Positions 27,931 to 37,171 of a stretch of DNA of 64,000 nt are shown piece by piece. The notes beneath the pieces were generated by a model. It saw nothing but the letters and a program-made list of their open reading frames with translations. It did no database searches and was not told the origin of the DNA. Source of the stretch: Methanobacteriota archaeon (lineage in GTDB: Archaea > Thermoplasmatota > Poseidoniia > Poseidoniales > Poseidoniaceae); assembly GCA_002722695.1 (NCBI GenBank), contig PBMS01000029.1:5724-69723 (forward strand), written 5' to 3'. The stretch's first letter is position 1. Each line of letters starts with the position of its first letter. A program made the translations under genes and the position numbers.

Positions 27931-29502
27931 ATGAAGAGTTCAGCACGAACCATGGCGGGCGACATCCCCAAGGTGAACGTCGCCGCCAAAGACCGTGTGC
28001 TGCTTCACCTTTTGGCCCACGACGAATGGGCAGACCGATACATGGTGCCGCCCGCTCTGACACGGCCCGGTATCGCCGAAGCGTGTGCGCAGCACCCGCC
28101 CAACGTTAGCCGTTCGATGCGCGACCTGCTGAAAGAACTCCTGGTCGAAGAGCACACGCGGGCCGTTCAAGGCGATGAACGGCGGCAAAAGACCTGGCAG
28201 CTCACCGAAGAAGGGCGTCTGCGTGCCCGGCAGCGACACGTTGCGCTCGAGGACGCCAAAGTCCTGGTTCGAAACATGGACGGCGACCTGCTCGAAGTGA
28301 AGGCAGCGGAGGCCACTCAGCTGCTCGATACAAATCTCAGTTTACTGCAAATTTTGTTGCACGCGCAGCACGAAGGTGTGTTGACCTACGGTGATATTCG
28401 GTTTGGCAGCATCAAGAAAACCACCGAAGGCGAGATGCCTGAACCGGGTCGTTTGACCCCACTGGTCGGGGTGCACTCAACCTACGCCAACCAACCTCCG
28501 GTCACCCGACCCGTCTACGGGCGAGACGACGAGCTGAAAACCCTGCACGACTGGTTTGCGGAACGTCATCCGTGCATGGTCGTTCACGGCATCGCCGGCA
28601 TCGGGAAATCAACTCTGATCGCTCACTGGCTCCAGCAACACATGAACACCGACCCACACCTTTCGGTGTGCTGGTACACCTGCCAACCGTGGGACCGAGC
28701 GTTGGGCCTGGCCACCAGTCTTCTTCATCGGTTCGGCATCGATGAATCGCACGACCCCTACCGCATCATCGAAACGCTTCCTTTGACCCCGGGTGCTGAC
28801 ATGGACGTGGACGCTTGGCGACGAAGGCTTTCTGCGTACATGACCGACGCCAACACGATTCGTGAACGATTCAAGGACACCGCCGGGGGGCCGCCTCCCT
28901 ATTGGCTCATCGTCTTGGACGACGTCCATCACATCAGTGAAAAAGCACGACATCTGCTTGGCTCGCTGCTTCAACTTGCGCAAAATGGTCCGCTCCGAAT
29001 TCTGTTGGTTTCTCGAACGGAATTGAACGTGTACGACCGGCGCGATGTTCACATTCGCGACACGGTCAGAGAATTGCCCCTCAAGGGCCTCAGCCTCGAA
29101 GCCACCGAAGCGTGGCTCTCGAGCCTTGAAACCGACGACACCCCTCCGGCCAAAGAGGTTCACGCAGCGACCGGAGGACATCCGCTGGCCATGGAATTGC
29201 TGGAACTCTATGGCCAACCGACTCACAACGATTGGTTGCGATTCCTCGATGAGGAAATTCTGCTTCGTCTGCCCGAGCAAGAAAAGGAATTGCTCGCCAC
29301 CCTTGCCGTGGCGGAATCGCCGGTGGCGTGGAACGTTCTGGCCAACAGCGTGGGATGGAACGGAACGCCGCCGGACAACCTGTTGAAGCACGGACTCTTG
29401 CTTGAGTTGGAAGAGGGCATGTGGCTTCACGAAGCCTTGCGAGAGCGTTTGCTCCGGGACGTAGGCGACCGTTTGGAGGAGCGCAAGCTTCGACTCAATT
29501 GA
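27931..29502 (+). CDS. wHTH + STAND-class (NB-ARC/MalT-like) NTPase
   Basis: N-terminal HTH (TRPGIAEACAQHPPNVSRSMRDL...WQLTEEG), YGRDDEL, Walker A GIAGIGKS, Walker B LIVLDDVH, LVSR, TGGHPLA and the MHD-like LHEALRE. Start at 27931 or 27952. Confidence 0.85.
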   Translation: MKSSARTMAGDIPKVNVAAKDRVLLHLLAHDEWADRYMVPPALTRPGIAEACAQHPPNVSRSMRDLLKELLVEEHTRAVQGDERRQKTWQLTEEGRLRARQRHVALEDAKVLVRNMDGDLLEVKAAEATQLLDTNLSLLQILLHAQHEGVLTYGDIRFGSIKKTTEGEMPEPGRLTPLVGVHSTYANQPPVTRPVYGRDDELKTLHDWFAERHPCMVVHGIAGIGKSTLIAHWLQQHMNTDPHLSVCWYTCQPWDRALGLATSLLHRFGIDESHDPYRIIETLPLTPGADMDVDAWRRRLSAYMTDANTIRERFKDTAGGPPPYWLIVLDDVHHISEKARHLLGSLLQLAQNGPLRILLVSRTELNVYDRRDVHIRDTVRELPLKGLSLEATEAWLSSLETDDTPPAKEVHAATGGHPLAMELLELYGQPTHNDWLRFLDEEILLRLPEQEKELLATLAVAESPVAWNVLANSVGWNGTPPDNLLKHGLLLELEEGMWLHEALRERLLRDVGDRLEERKLRLN

Positions 29503-29504
29503 AA

Positions 29505-29834
29505 TCAGAAATCGTCGGCTGACATGACCTCGTCGATCCACGAGAGGAGTTTGGTTTTGGGCATGCTGCCCACCTTTTGAGCCACGATGGAGCCGTTTCG
29601 GTAGATGAACAGGGCGGGAATGCTGCGGACGCCGAGTTGCGCCGCCGTTCCAGAGTTTTGTTCGGTGTCGACTTTGGCGACCAGAATCTCTCGTTCCTGA
29701 GCCACGGATTCAAGCACGGGTCCTATGGCTTTGCACGGCGCACACCATGGTGCCCAGAAATCTACAATCACCCACTCGGAGTCGTTCACAGTGTCGTTGA
29801 ATTCACTGTCGCTTACGTTTCGTACCTCACCCAT
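29505..29834 (-). CDS. trxA: thioredoxin
   Basis: VDFWAPWCAPCK and GVRSIP. About 109 aa from ATG 29834, preceded by GGAGG/AGGTGA. Confidence 0.95.
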   Translation of the reverse strand: MGEVRNVSDSEFNDTVNDSEWVIVDFWAPWCAPCKAIGPVLESVAQEREILVAKVDTEQNSGTAAQLGVRSIPALFIYRNGSIVAQKVGSMPKTKLLSWIDEVMSADDF

Positions 29835-29951
29835 GGGTTCACCTAACCTCCGCTCAAGTTGAGATTTTATAGGCGTTTGGCCAACAGCAAATGGCGTGAA
29901 AAATGGCAAGTCTCATCAATTGGCGACGATTGGCGACGGTTGAGGGATGAC

Positions 29952-30623
29952 ATGATAATCGCACCCAGCGTCCTCACGGCCAACCTTGCTGACCTCTCAA
30001 CCGACTGCAAGGAAGCCATGGCTGCCGGCCTGGATTGGCTCCACCTCGACGTGATGGACGGGAACTTTGTGCCGAACCTGACCTTCGGACCTCCAGTGAT
30101 TCGAAGCCTTCGTCAGGCGCTCGGGCCAGACGCCGTGTTTGACGCCCACCTGATGATTGAAAACGCCGAGGCTTGCTTTCAAGATTACATTGACGCGGGG
30201 TGCAATCACCTTTCGGTTCACGTCGAAGCCGTCAAGCACCTGCACCGACTGTTGAATGCCATCCGAGAGGGAGGCGCCACGGTTGGCATTGTGCTCAACC
30301 CGGCCACCCCCGTAGAGGCGGCGCTTGAAGTGTTGACCGAAGTGGACCTCGTGCTCATCATGAGCGTCAACCCCGGCTTTGGCGGGCAGTCGTTTATTCC
30401 CAACGTTGAGAGCAAGATTCGCCGCCTCGCTCAGGCCATTGAGCAACAAGTTGCGGAGGGCGGACGAGCGGTGCAAATTCAAGTCGATGGAGGCGTGAAA
30501 GCCCACAACATCGCCATGCTCCAAGACTGGGGCGTCACCAACTGCGTGGTCGGCTCGGGCCTGTTCAACGACCGGGCCAACGTTGCCGACAACCTCGCTG
30601 AAATCCACACTGCGCTTAGCTGA
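29952..30623 (+). CDS. rpe: ribulose-phosphate 3-epimerase
   Basis: IAPSVL, HLDVMDGNFVPNLTFG, DAHLMI, MSVNPGFGGQSF and VDGGV. Confidence 0.96.
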   Translation: MIIAPSVLTANLADLSTDCKEAMAAGLDWLHLDVMDGNFVPNLTFGPPVIRSLRQALGPDAVFDAHLMIENAEACFQDYIDAGCNHLSVHVEAVKHLHRLLNAIREGGATVGIVLNPATPVEAALEVLTEVDLVLIMSVNPGFGGQSFIPNVESKIRRLAQAIEQQVAEGGRAVQIQVDGGVKAHNIAMLQDWGVTNCVVGSGLFNDRANVADNLAEIHTALS

Positions 30624-30630
30624 TGGGGGA

Positions 30631-31725
30631 CTGGACATTCAGATCCTCGTCGTTTCGCTGCTCTATCCGGTTCCGTTGAACCCAACGCGAGGGGTTTTTG
30701 TTGAAGATCACGTTGATCTCCTGAAAACTCAGGGTCACGACGTCAAGGTCGTGAACCCTTTGCCCCGGATGCCGCGCTACGCAGAAGCGCGACGTTCGAC
30801 CCTGATGGGCGTGGCCAAGGCGCCTCGTCGTTGGACGCACAACGGCACATCGATTCTCGCTCCCCGGTTTTTTGCGCTCCCCGATCACCCCTATCCGCGT
30901 CTTACGGCCTCCAGCGTAACCCGCCGTGCGAGGTGGGTTGAGAAACACCTGGGCTCGTGGAGACCGGATGTCATCGTGTGCCACACCCTCTGGCCCGTTG
31001 CCAATCTTGCGAAGGAACTCGCCCAGCGGTGGAAACGTCCGTGGGTGGGCGTGGTCCACGGCTACGATTTTGATGTGGGGCTGGACCTCGATGGCGTGAG
31101 CGAGCAGGTTCGATCTGCGGCCACGTCCTGCGACGTGTTGGTGTGCGCATCTCAGCGTCTTTCGGACGTGGCACAAGGTTGGTCGAACAAAAGCGCGGAA
31201 ACCATTCCGTGCGTGACCGAGATCGACCGAGACTGGCGTCGTCCGGTTCGTCCAATGAAAAAACCGTGGAAGAAAGAGCCCATTGACGTCCTCTTCCCTG
31301 CCGACCCTCGACGACCTGAAAAACGACACTTGCTCGCCTTGCAAACGGGCGAGGTGCTCGAAGAACGAGGATGGATGGTCGGCATCACCACTCTGCGCCA
31401 CCAGCCGAGGGACATCGTCTACGATCGCATGCTGACCGCAGACGTCACGCTCATCACCTCCCGCAGGGAAGCGGGGCCGTTGGTGGCGCGCGAATCTTTG
31501 CTGTGCGGAACGCCCGTGGTCAGCGTAAACGTGGGAGAAGTGGACCGGTATCTTCCGAAAGAGTGGGTCCACGGAGACGATCCGGAAGCCCTTGCCGATG
31601 GAATCGAAGACGCGCTTCGGAACGGATGGCAAGGCGAAGAAACGGTGGATGAACGGCTTGCATTCGCCTCATTTGATACGGTCAGTCAAGCGTGGACCGA
31701 GCTGCTTTCCAGCCTTGTTTCGTGA
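30631..31725 (+). CDS. GT4-family glycosyltransferase (start codon uncertain)
   Basis: ILVVSLLYP...RGVFV, RPDVIVCH, HGYD, PRRPEKRH, TSRREAGPLVARESLLCGTPVVS. Confidence 0.85.
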   Translation: MDIQILVVSLLYPVPLNPTRGVFVEDHVDLLKTQGHDVKVVNPLPRMPRYAEARRSTLMGVAKAPRRWTHNGTSILAPRFFALPDHPYPRLTASSVTRRARWVEKHLGSWRPDVIVCHTLWPVANLAKELAQRWKRPWVGVVHGYDFDVGLDLDGVSEQVRSAATSCDVLVCASQRLSDVAQGWSNKSAETIPCVTEIDRDWRRPVRPMKKPWKKEPIDVLFPADPRRPEKRHLLALQTGEVLEERGWMVGITTLRHQPRDIVYDRMLTADVTLITSRREAGPLVARESLLCGTPVVSVNVGEVDRYLPKEWVHGDDPEALADGIEDALRNGWQGEETVDERLAFASFDTVSQAWTELLSSLVS

Positions 31726-33136
31726 ACGCAAACAACGGCAACCCCATGACCCACCACAACGTGTTCGACACCAACCCCCCAACAACGAACAACGTGCACA
31801 CCATCACCAAGGTCCATTCGTCTCTGCGAGCCACAATCGTCGAAAATTCACCGCTCATCCACCACGATAGGCCCAACAACACGGCGGCAGAAAGGCTGCT
31901 TGCGGCCGCGCCGGCGTAGAGCTTCTGTCCCGGATTGCTCGGACCGTTCAGCACCAACACCGCCCCGAGCATGCCAGCAGCGAGAAGCACCAGAGCGATG
32001 AACAACGTGAATCGCCATGGTCGGTCCCCGGCCATCAATGCTGTGTAGGTTGGGGTCGCAAGAAGGGTCAAGCCCCAACCCGCCAAAAGAACGGTGAACA
32101 CGTCGATGGCCGATGCCCCGTATGTCCCGTCCAAATAGTCGGAGGGGAAGGCCATCGGAGCGAACAAGGTCACCACCAAATGGCCACCAAAGAGACCGTA
32201 CGGCAGTAGACCAAAACACATGTCCACTGCGTTGTTCAATTCCCTGCGATGCTTCTGAGGCTTGAATCGCGCATCGCCAAGGACGGGCAGTAGAGCGGAT
32301 CGAACCGCGGCGGGAACGACGAGCCCAGCCAACCAAGCCAGCTGTGCGACATGGAACACAGCACCCAATTCTGCGCCACCCGAGGCTGCGACCATGAATT
32401 TCTCAATCCGAACCACGTAGGGAAGAATGCCCAGCGTGATGGCAAAAGGGAGAGCCGAAGCCAAGAGTTGAGGTGTTGAAACCCAGCTCGGCCCCAACGC
32501 ATCCCAATCAACGGTTGCCTGGGTCGGTGGAGCTGTTCGCACCACCCAAAACAGTGCCAAGCCCCATCCGGCCGTGGCCCCGAACAAGAACGCACATGTG
32601 AATGCAGTGGCGGACGTGGAGCCCTGCCACGCCAGCAAGCTGTAGAGCACGACCGTACATCCGCGTTCCACCACTTTTGTAATGGCTTCCAATCGAGCTT
32701 CCCCCAACACCCGCAGACCCGACCGTGGAGCGTACGACGCAACGTGTGCAAGAGCGATGAGCCCCGCAGCGAGAAGAAGTTCAGACGGTGCCTGAACGTT
32801 CAGCCACGCCTCGGGTCGCAGCAAACCAGCGACGGCGACGAACGGCAGCACCGCCAATGCCTGCAAGCGGTACGTGCGCCACACAGCGGCGGGAACCAAC
32901 GATGGTGCTCGCGTCCCATCGCGTGCCAGCAGGGTGGGCAAACCAAGGTCAACCACGAGAAACAAGGAAGCGTACAAGTCGATGGCCAACACCATCCAAC
33001 CGTAATGCTCTGCCAACAATGCGTGCGTCAGTATGATTTGTCCGATGAAGGCCAGCGCAACTGCGAGCAAATCTGCGCCCACCAACCACGACGCGTCCCG
33101 CCCGGTGGAGGGGGTGCGATGGGTTGGCTCGGTCAT
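31682..33136 (-). CDS. Wzx/MOP-family oligosaccharide flippase
   Basis: About 12-14 hydrophobic helices, with YG...DLGLPTLLARD and ALPFAI...RIEKFMV patterns. Confidence 0.82.
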   Translation of the reverse strand: MTEPTHRTPSTGRDASWLVGADLLAVALAFIGQIILTHALLAEHYGWMVLAIDLYASLFLVVDLGLPTLLARDGTRAPSLVPAAVWRTYRLQALAVLPFVAVAGLLRPEAWLNVQAPSELLLAAGLIALAHVASYAPRSGLRVLGEARLEAITKVVERGCTVVLYSLLAWQGSTSATAFTCAFLFGATAGWGLALFWVVRTAPPTQATVDWDALGPSWVSTPQLLASALPFAITLGILPYVVRIEKFMVAASGGAELGAVFHVAQLAWLAGLVVPAAVRSALLPVLGDARFKPQKHRRELNNAVDMCFGLLPYGLFGGHLVVTLFAPMAFPSDYLDGTYGASAIDVFTVLLAGWGLTLLATPTYTALMAGDRPWRFTLFIALVLLAAGMLGAVLVLNGPSNPGQKLYAGAAASSLSAAVLLGLSWWMSGEFSTIVARRDEWTLVMVCTLFVVGGLVSNTLWWVMGLPLFAFTKQGWKAARSTLD

Positions 33137-33179
33137 GAAACAGCTAGGGTGAACGGGCTTTCAATGGATTCCACCGTTC

Positions 33180-33446
33180 TCAACCGAGGTCGTCCTCTTC
33201 CAGACCCCAAGCCCATCGACTGACGGCGCCGCGTTTGCCCTCGGACGACCCAATGCGGTGAACGAAGGGTGACTTTCGGAGGGCTCGTTGCAAAATGTGT
33301 GCGCGAACCGCCCGGCCCTCGGCTTCCAAGGCCTGAACGATTTCGGGTGTGGTGGCCGGGCCGTTGGTTCGAAGCCAGCCGACGATCCACTCGGCTTGCT
33401 CTCGAGTGGCTTTTCGTTCTTCGCTCCATCGAGACGGGCGTGCCAT
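33180..33446 (-). CDS. small hypothetical protein, possibly winged-helix
   Basis: 88 aa, ATG start, WLRTNGPATTPEIVQAL...SRW pattern, co-oriented with its neighbours. Confidence 0.55.
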   Translation of the reverse strand: MARPSRWSEERKATREQAEWIVGWLRTNGPATTPEIVQALEAEGRAVRAHILQRALRKSPFVHRIGSSEGKRGAVSRWAWGLEEDDLG

Positions 33447-33481
33447 GCGGTGAGGTTGGGCACCCGAATCAAGAAGATTTG

Positions 33482-34102
33482 TCAGTCCTCGTCGTCGAAC
33501 TTCAAGTCTCGAGCACGCTGCATGGCGGCGTCATCGGTGAACCAAAACGTCGGCGTGGGCCCGAGGTCTTTGTCCCACCGTTGGACCGCTCGTGCGAACA
33601 TTTCCCCATCGGCGTATTTTTCACACCAGCGAAGGAACCATTCGGCCTGTTCCTGCATCGCCTCGTCGCCCTCGGACTGTCGACGAAGCATTTCAGCTTG
33701 GAGAGCGGTTATCATCATCCAGTTTGGTGTCAAGGCGTAAGTGACGTAGGGGTTTCGTTCCATGTCCACGCTGCGCCATTCCGTCCACAAGGAGAAGACC
33801 TGGTCGTAGAGGTAGCCGATGGTGAGGACACCCAGCATGACGGTCAGGAAAATTGACAGCAAACCAAAGTACGTTGCAGGTACACCGGCGATGGTGTCGT
33901 TGAAGCAAAGAGCGTCCGCGCAAGAGGCTTCGAATCGCCACCGAACGTAGGGCCAAACAAGCAGGGTGATGGTGGTGCCCCACAACAAGAGGCCAACCAC
34001 GGCCTGGGATTGTTGCATGCGCCAATACTGACGCATCACCCACTTTCGGAACAGCGAAGGAGAACCGTCTTCCGTCATAACAGCAACCTTCCCAAGCGAC
34101 AT
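33482..34102 (-). CDS. hypothetical two-TM membrane protein
   Basis: 206 aa with two hydrophobic helices, then GYLYDQVFSLWTEW...ERNPY. Confidence 0.7.
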   Translation of the reverse strand: MSLGKVAVMTEDGSPSLFRKWVMRQYWRMQQSQAVVGLLLWGTTITLLVWPYVRWRFEASCADALCFNDTIAGVPATYFGLLSIFLTVMLGVLTIGYLYDQVFSLWTEWRSVDMERNPYVTYALTPNWMMITALQAEMLRRQSEGDEAMQEQAEWFLRWCEKYADGEMFARAVQRWDKDLGPTPTFWFTDDAAMQRARDLKFDDED

Positions 34103-34154
34103 TCACTTAACAAACAAACCCATGGATGGGAGGTTGCAAAAGACATTTTGAGTT

Positions 34155-35063
34155 TTACACCCCGTCCTTCAACCACAATCTTCCGGCGAGGCTCTCCCAC
34201 TCAATGGATTGCGGGTGGCATGAATTGTGGTAGTTGGTGAATTCACCAAAGTACCACCTCCCATCGGCCCGGAACAAGTCCACTCGCGTGTAATCGATGT
34301 CTTCGGCCAAGCGTTCGACGATGTTGACAAGTTCGGTCAACCCATCCTTGCCGAGAAGGGACACGATTTCAGCGGGCGTGTTCTCTTCGCTCCATCGAGG
34401 GTTGGTTTGGTGAATGCGCTGCCCGCCGGGCGTGTAGATGGACTGGGAATGATTGGTCATGCGCCCTGTGTCGTATTGGATGAACCCCACCTTTCCGTGG
34501 AACACATGGACCTTCCAGTCGTTGGGCAATCGATTGTTGTCGGTGAGCAACTCTTCGATCATCACGCCGCGAGGCTGAATGTTCGCAGCTCCCCATTCAA
34601 GCGGAGCGGGGAAGTCCTGCCGTAAACACCATCGCAAGGATCGCTCGATCCGCCATTTTGGCCACGGTTTACCGTCTTGGTCCCGCCCGTTGCGAATGAC
34701 GCGGTATCGGTGCGCCCTGCGCGAAAACAAACGAAGTTTTCGAGAAACGTTGGCGAGCGGTACGGGCCCGTTGTCCATGATGAACAGAGCGTCTCCCGAC
34801 CAGTGGTTGGTTTTGATGACACATCGATCGGGCAGATTGTCCCAATCAATGCTCACGTCCTCCGACCAGTGGTGAAGTTCGGTGAGGTGGCAGACGTTTT
34901 TGGATTCGACCAGAGCCCGAGAGCGGTGTTTGTCCTCCATGAGCGGAAGGAGAGGATTGCGGTCTTCCACGCACCGTTTGAGAAGAAGTTGGCTGTAATG
35001 GCCCGCCTTGGATTCGTCGAGAGCGTGCCACGGGTGGACACCGCCTGGAAGTAACTCGGCCAT
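34155..35063 (-). CDS. TupA-like ATP-grasp amidoligase
   Basis: EDKHRSR, LPDRCVIKTNHWSG, MIEELL, DWKVHVFHGK, YTRVDLF and YFGEFT. Confidence 0.88.
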   Translation of the reverse strand: MAELLPGGVHPWHALDESKAGHYSQLLLKRCVEDRNPLLPLMEDKHRSRALVESKNVCHLTELHHWSEDVSIDWDNLPDRCVIKTNHWSGDALFIMDNGPVPLANVSRKLRLFSRRAHRYRVIRNGRDQDGKPWPKWRIERSLRWCLRQDFPAPLEWGAANIQPRGVMIEELLTDNNRLPNDWKVHVFHGKVGFIQYDTGRMTNHSQSIYTPGGQRIHQTNPRWSEENTPAEIVSLLGKDGLTELVNIVERLAEDIDYTRVDLFRADGRWYFGEFTNYHNSCHPQSIEWESLAGRLWLKDGV

Positions 35064-35125
35064 CGATTGCGCGTGCGAGCGCGCCCGTTTTAGGCTTGGC
35101 ACCGTTCGTCCGGCGGACGGACAAA

Positions 35126-35455
35126 TCAAGCTTGACGGCCAGCGTCAAACATTTCTCGAAGACTTCCGTCTTGCAACATCTCAAGCGCGATGTCGGACCC
35201 GCCGATGAGTTCGCCGTGAACGAAGACTTGAGGCATGGTTGGGAAATCCGACCAGGCGCAAATGGAAGGGATGGCTCGGGCATCGGAGAGGACGTTCACC
35301 GAGGCAAATTCCTCGCCGAGGCTCTGCAAGACCTGAGCGGCGCGGTTGGAAAACCCGCACTGAGGCTGATTCGGGCTGCCCTTCATGAACAGCACGATGG
35401 GGTGGTCGTCAACGAGGCTTTGCAATTCTTCTGGGCTCCAATTCATGGTGTTCAC
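35126..35455 (-). CDS. grxD: monothiol glutaredoxin (Grx4 family)
   Basis: LFMKGSPNQPQCGFS, PTMPQVFVHGELIGGSDI. Confidence 0.93.
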   Translation of the reverse strand: MNTMNWSPEELQSLVDDHPIVLFMKGSPNQPQCGFSNRAAQVLQSLGEEFASVNVLSDARAIPSICAWSDFPTMPQVFVHGELIGGSDIALEMLQDGSLREMFDAGRQA

Positions 35456-35769
35456 TCCTTGTTTTTCATGATGCGGCGGATGTGGACGCCTTGACCCCCG
35501 CCGTGCGGGTCAAAGGCCGTGTTGCCCGCCGTTTCGGCTTGGGAGGGCGTCATGCACTTGAGATCGAGTGCGTGAATGGGATGGGGGATGTGCTGGCCCA
35601 TGACGGCGAGCACCTGCTTTTGGCGCTGAAGAGGGCGGACGCCCTCGAAGGTCTCGGAGATGATGCGCACGTGGAAGTGGTCGCCAGACCCGTGAAGATC
35701 GATGACCTCGACGGTGGCTTCGGGCACGGCCTTCAACACCTCTGCCTCAATCCACGCCGCTTCAACCAT
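35452..35769 (-). CDS. bolA: BolA family protein
   Basis: GDHFHVRIISETFEG...IHAL. Overlaps the Grx4 start. Confidence 0.92.
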   Translation of the reverse strand: MVEAAWIEAEVLKAVPEATVEVIDLHGSGDHFHVRIISETFEGVRPLQRQKQVLAVMGQHIPHPIHALDLKCMTPSQAETAGNTAFDPHGGGQGVHIRRIMKNKE

Positions 35770-35831
35770 GTGCACGCCTCATGAGTTCCTGTGTGAGCAC
35801 CTTCTTTGAACCTGCGCCCGAATCTCTTGCG

Positions 35832-37079
35832 CTATTCGGACGCCAATCGTTCCAAAATAGCGTCAACTGCGGTGGCCTTCTTGACACGTATCCATGGATT
35901 CACGGTCCGTGTTTCAATGTCCATTTTGAGCCGTTCAACACCTCCGCCGCTGATGTTGAGAAGAATGCAGTCGTCCTTGTCCACCTCACCGGATTCCACC
36001 GCTTGGAGAATACTTGCTGCTGCCACCGCTCCGGGCGTCATGATGTCGATGCCCTCGATGGTTTCGATCATGGTGCGCGCCTCCATGGCAGATTCACGCT
36101 CAACGATGTGGGTTTGGCCGTTCGAGGCTTTGAGAATGTCGTGCACAGCACCAGCTTGGCCGTACGCAGGGCCTTTGTTGAGCAGATAGTCGGAGTACAC
36201 CTTGACCTCTTCAGCGGGATAATCTCCGGGAACGAGGTGGTCGCGCCCCGCTTGCCAGGCGCTGTGTATGGGATGATGTTCGACGTTTTGTGAGACGTGT
36301 TGGCGAGGAGCGGGTCCTTCGAACAAACCGGCTTCGATCAACCGCTCAGCCATCTCGTGAATGCCGATGGGGCCCGGGCCGCCACCGATGCCTTGGAAGT
36401 AATGGTCGGGCAAACGCCCAATCGTGAAGGCTGCATCGATCATCAAGGTCCCAATGCCGTCTCGGCGAGCAACGTTGTGGACGCTGCCTTCCATCTGCCA
36501 GCCTGGAAGTTGAGCAGCGATGCTCTTGGCGACGGTCTTTGCGTCGTAATAGTCACCGTCCTCAATCACGACAAGGCGAACGCTTTCTGCGTTGTTTTCT
36601 GGGCGAGCCCAGATGCGTTTGGCGTGGTCCCTGCCCACCACGACGATGAGTGGGGTGCCGTCCAGCCCACAGAAGTGCGTGAAGGCTCGGGCGGTGTTGC
36701 CAGCGCTCGCGCAAATCAGCCCCTTGCAGCCGTGATCGTGCATGCGTTGGATGGTCGGAACGGCCTCCATGTCCTTGAAACTCCCTGTTGGACAAAGACC
36801 ACCTTTCTCAGGCCAATACCCATGGTAGGTGACCCAGAGGTTGCTCAAGCCCATCGCTTCACCGAGGGCCTCGGCCCGGTAGGTCACCGTACCGGCAACG
36901 TACTCGTTGGCCTTCGAGGTAGGAATCCATGAGAGGTACTTCCACACGCCTTTTGCGCTGTCTTGAAGCTGAAACGGTTCGCTGTAGACCGCACGCAGCA
37001 ACGCGTTGTCCGTGTAGTGGAGCGTGTAGGCGTCGTCGATGAGATCGCCTGTCTTCAGGCATTTGAGTTGATACTTCAT
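35832..37079 (-). CDS. cysteate synthase (PLP-dependent, threonine-synthase-like)
   Basis: GLSNLWVTYHGYWPEKG, TGSFKDMEA, ASAGNTARAF, NVARRDGIGTLMIDAAFTIGRLPDHYFQ, EGIDI and LLNISGGG match the Methanosarcina cysteate synthase as I recall it along its whole length. Confidence 0.85.
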   Translation of the reverse strand: MKYQLKCLKTGDLIDDAYTLHYTDNALLRAVYSEPFQLQDSAKGVWKYLSWIPTSKANEYVAGTVTYRAEALGEAMGLSNLWVTYHGYWPEKGGLCPTGSFKDMEAVPTIQRMHDHGCKGLICASAGNTARAFTHFCGLDGTPLIVVVGRDHAKRIWARPENNAESVRLVVIEDGDYYDAKTVAKSIAAQLPGWQMEGSVHNVARRDGIGTLMIDAAFTIGRLPDHYFQGIGGGPGPIGIHEMAERLIEAGLFEGPAPRQHVSQNVEHHPIHSAWQAGRDHLVPGDYPAEEVKVYSDYLLNKGPAYGQAGAVHDILKASNGQTHIVERESAMEARTMIETIEGIDIMTPGAVAAASILQAVESGEVDKDDCILLNISGGGVERLKMDIETRTVNPWIRVKKATAVDAILERLASE

Positions 37080-37171
37080 CCTTTCACCATGCCCATGGTT
37101 GGCTACGCCCTCTCGTCTGGAAGCCGTGGTATAACAGTTCGGAACATAGTGAACACCGGGAGGCCGTTCTC

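Noticed and set aside
35832..37079. Threonine synthase annotation, or evidence of methanogenesis
   Set aside because: GYWPEKG, SFKxxEA and NVARRDG fit cysteate synthase better, and no other CoM or methanogenesis genes are in the window. MptE also serves general pterin synthesis.
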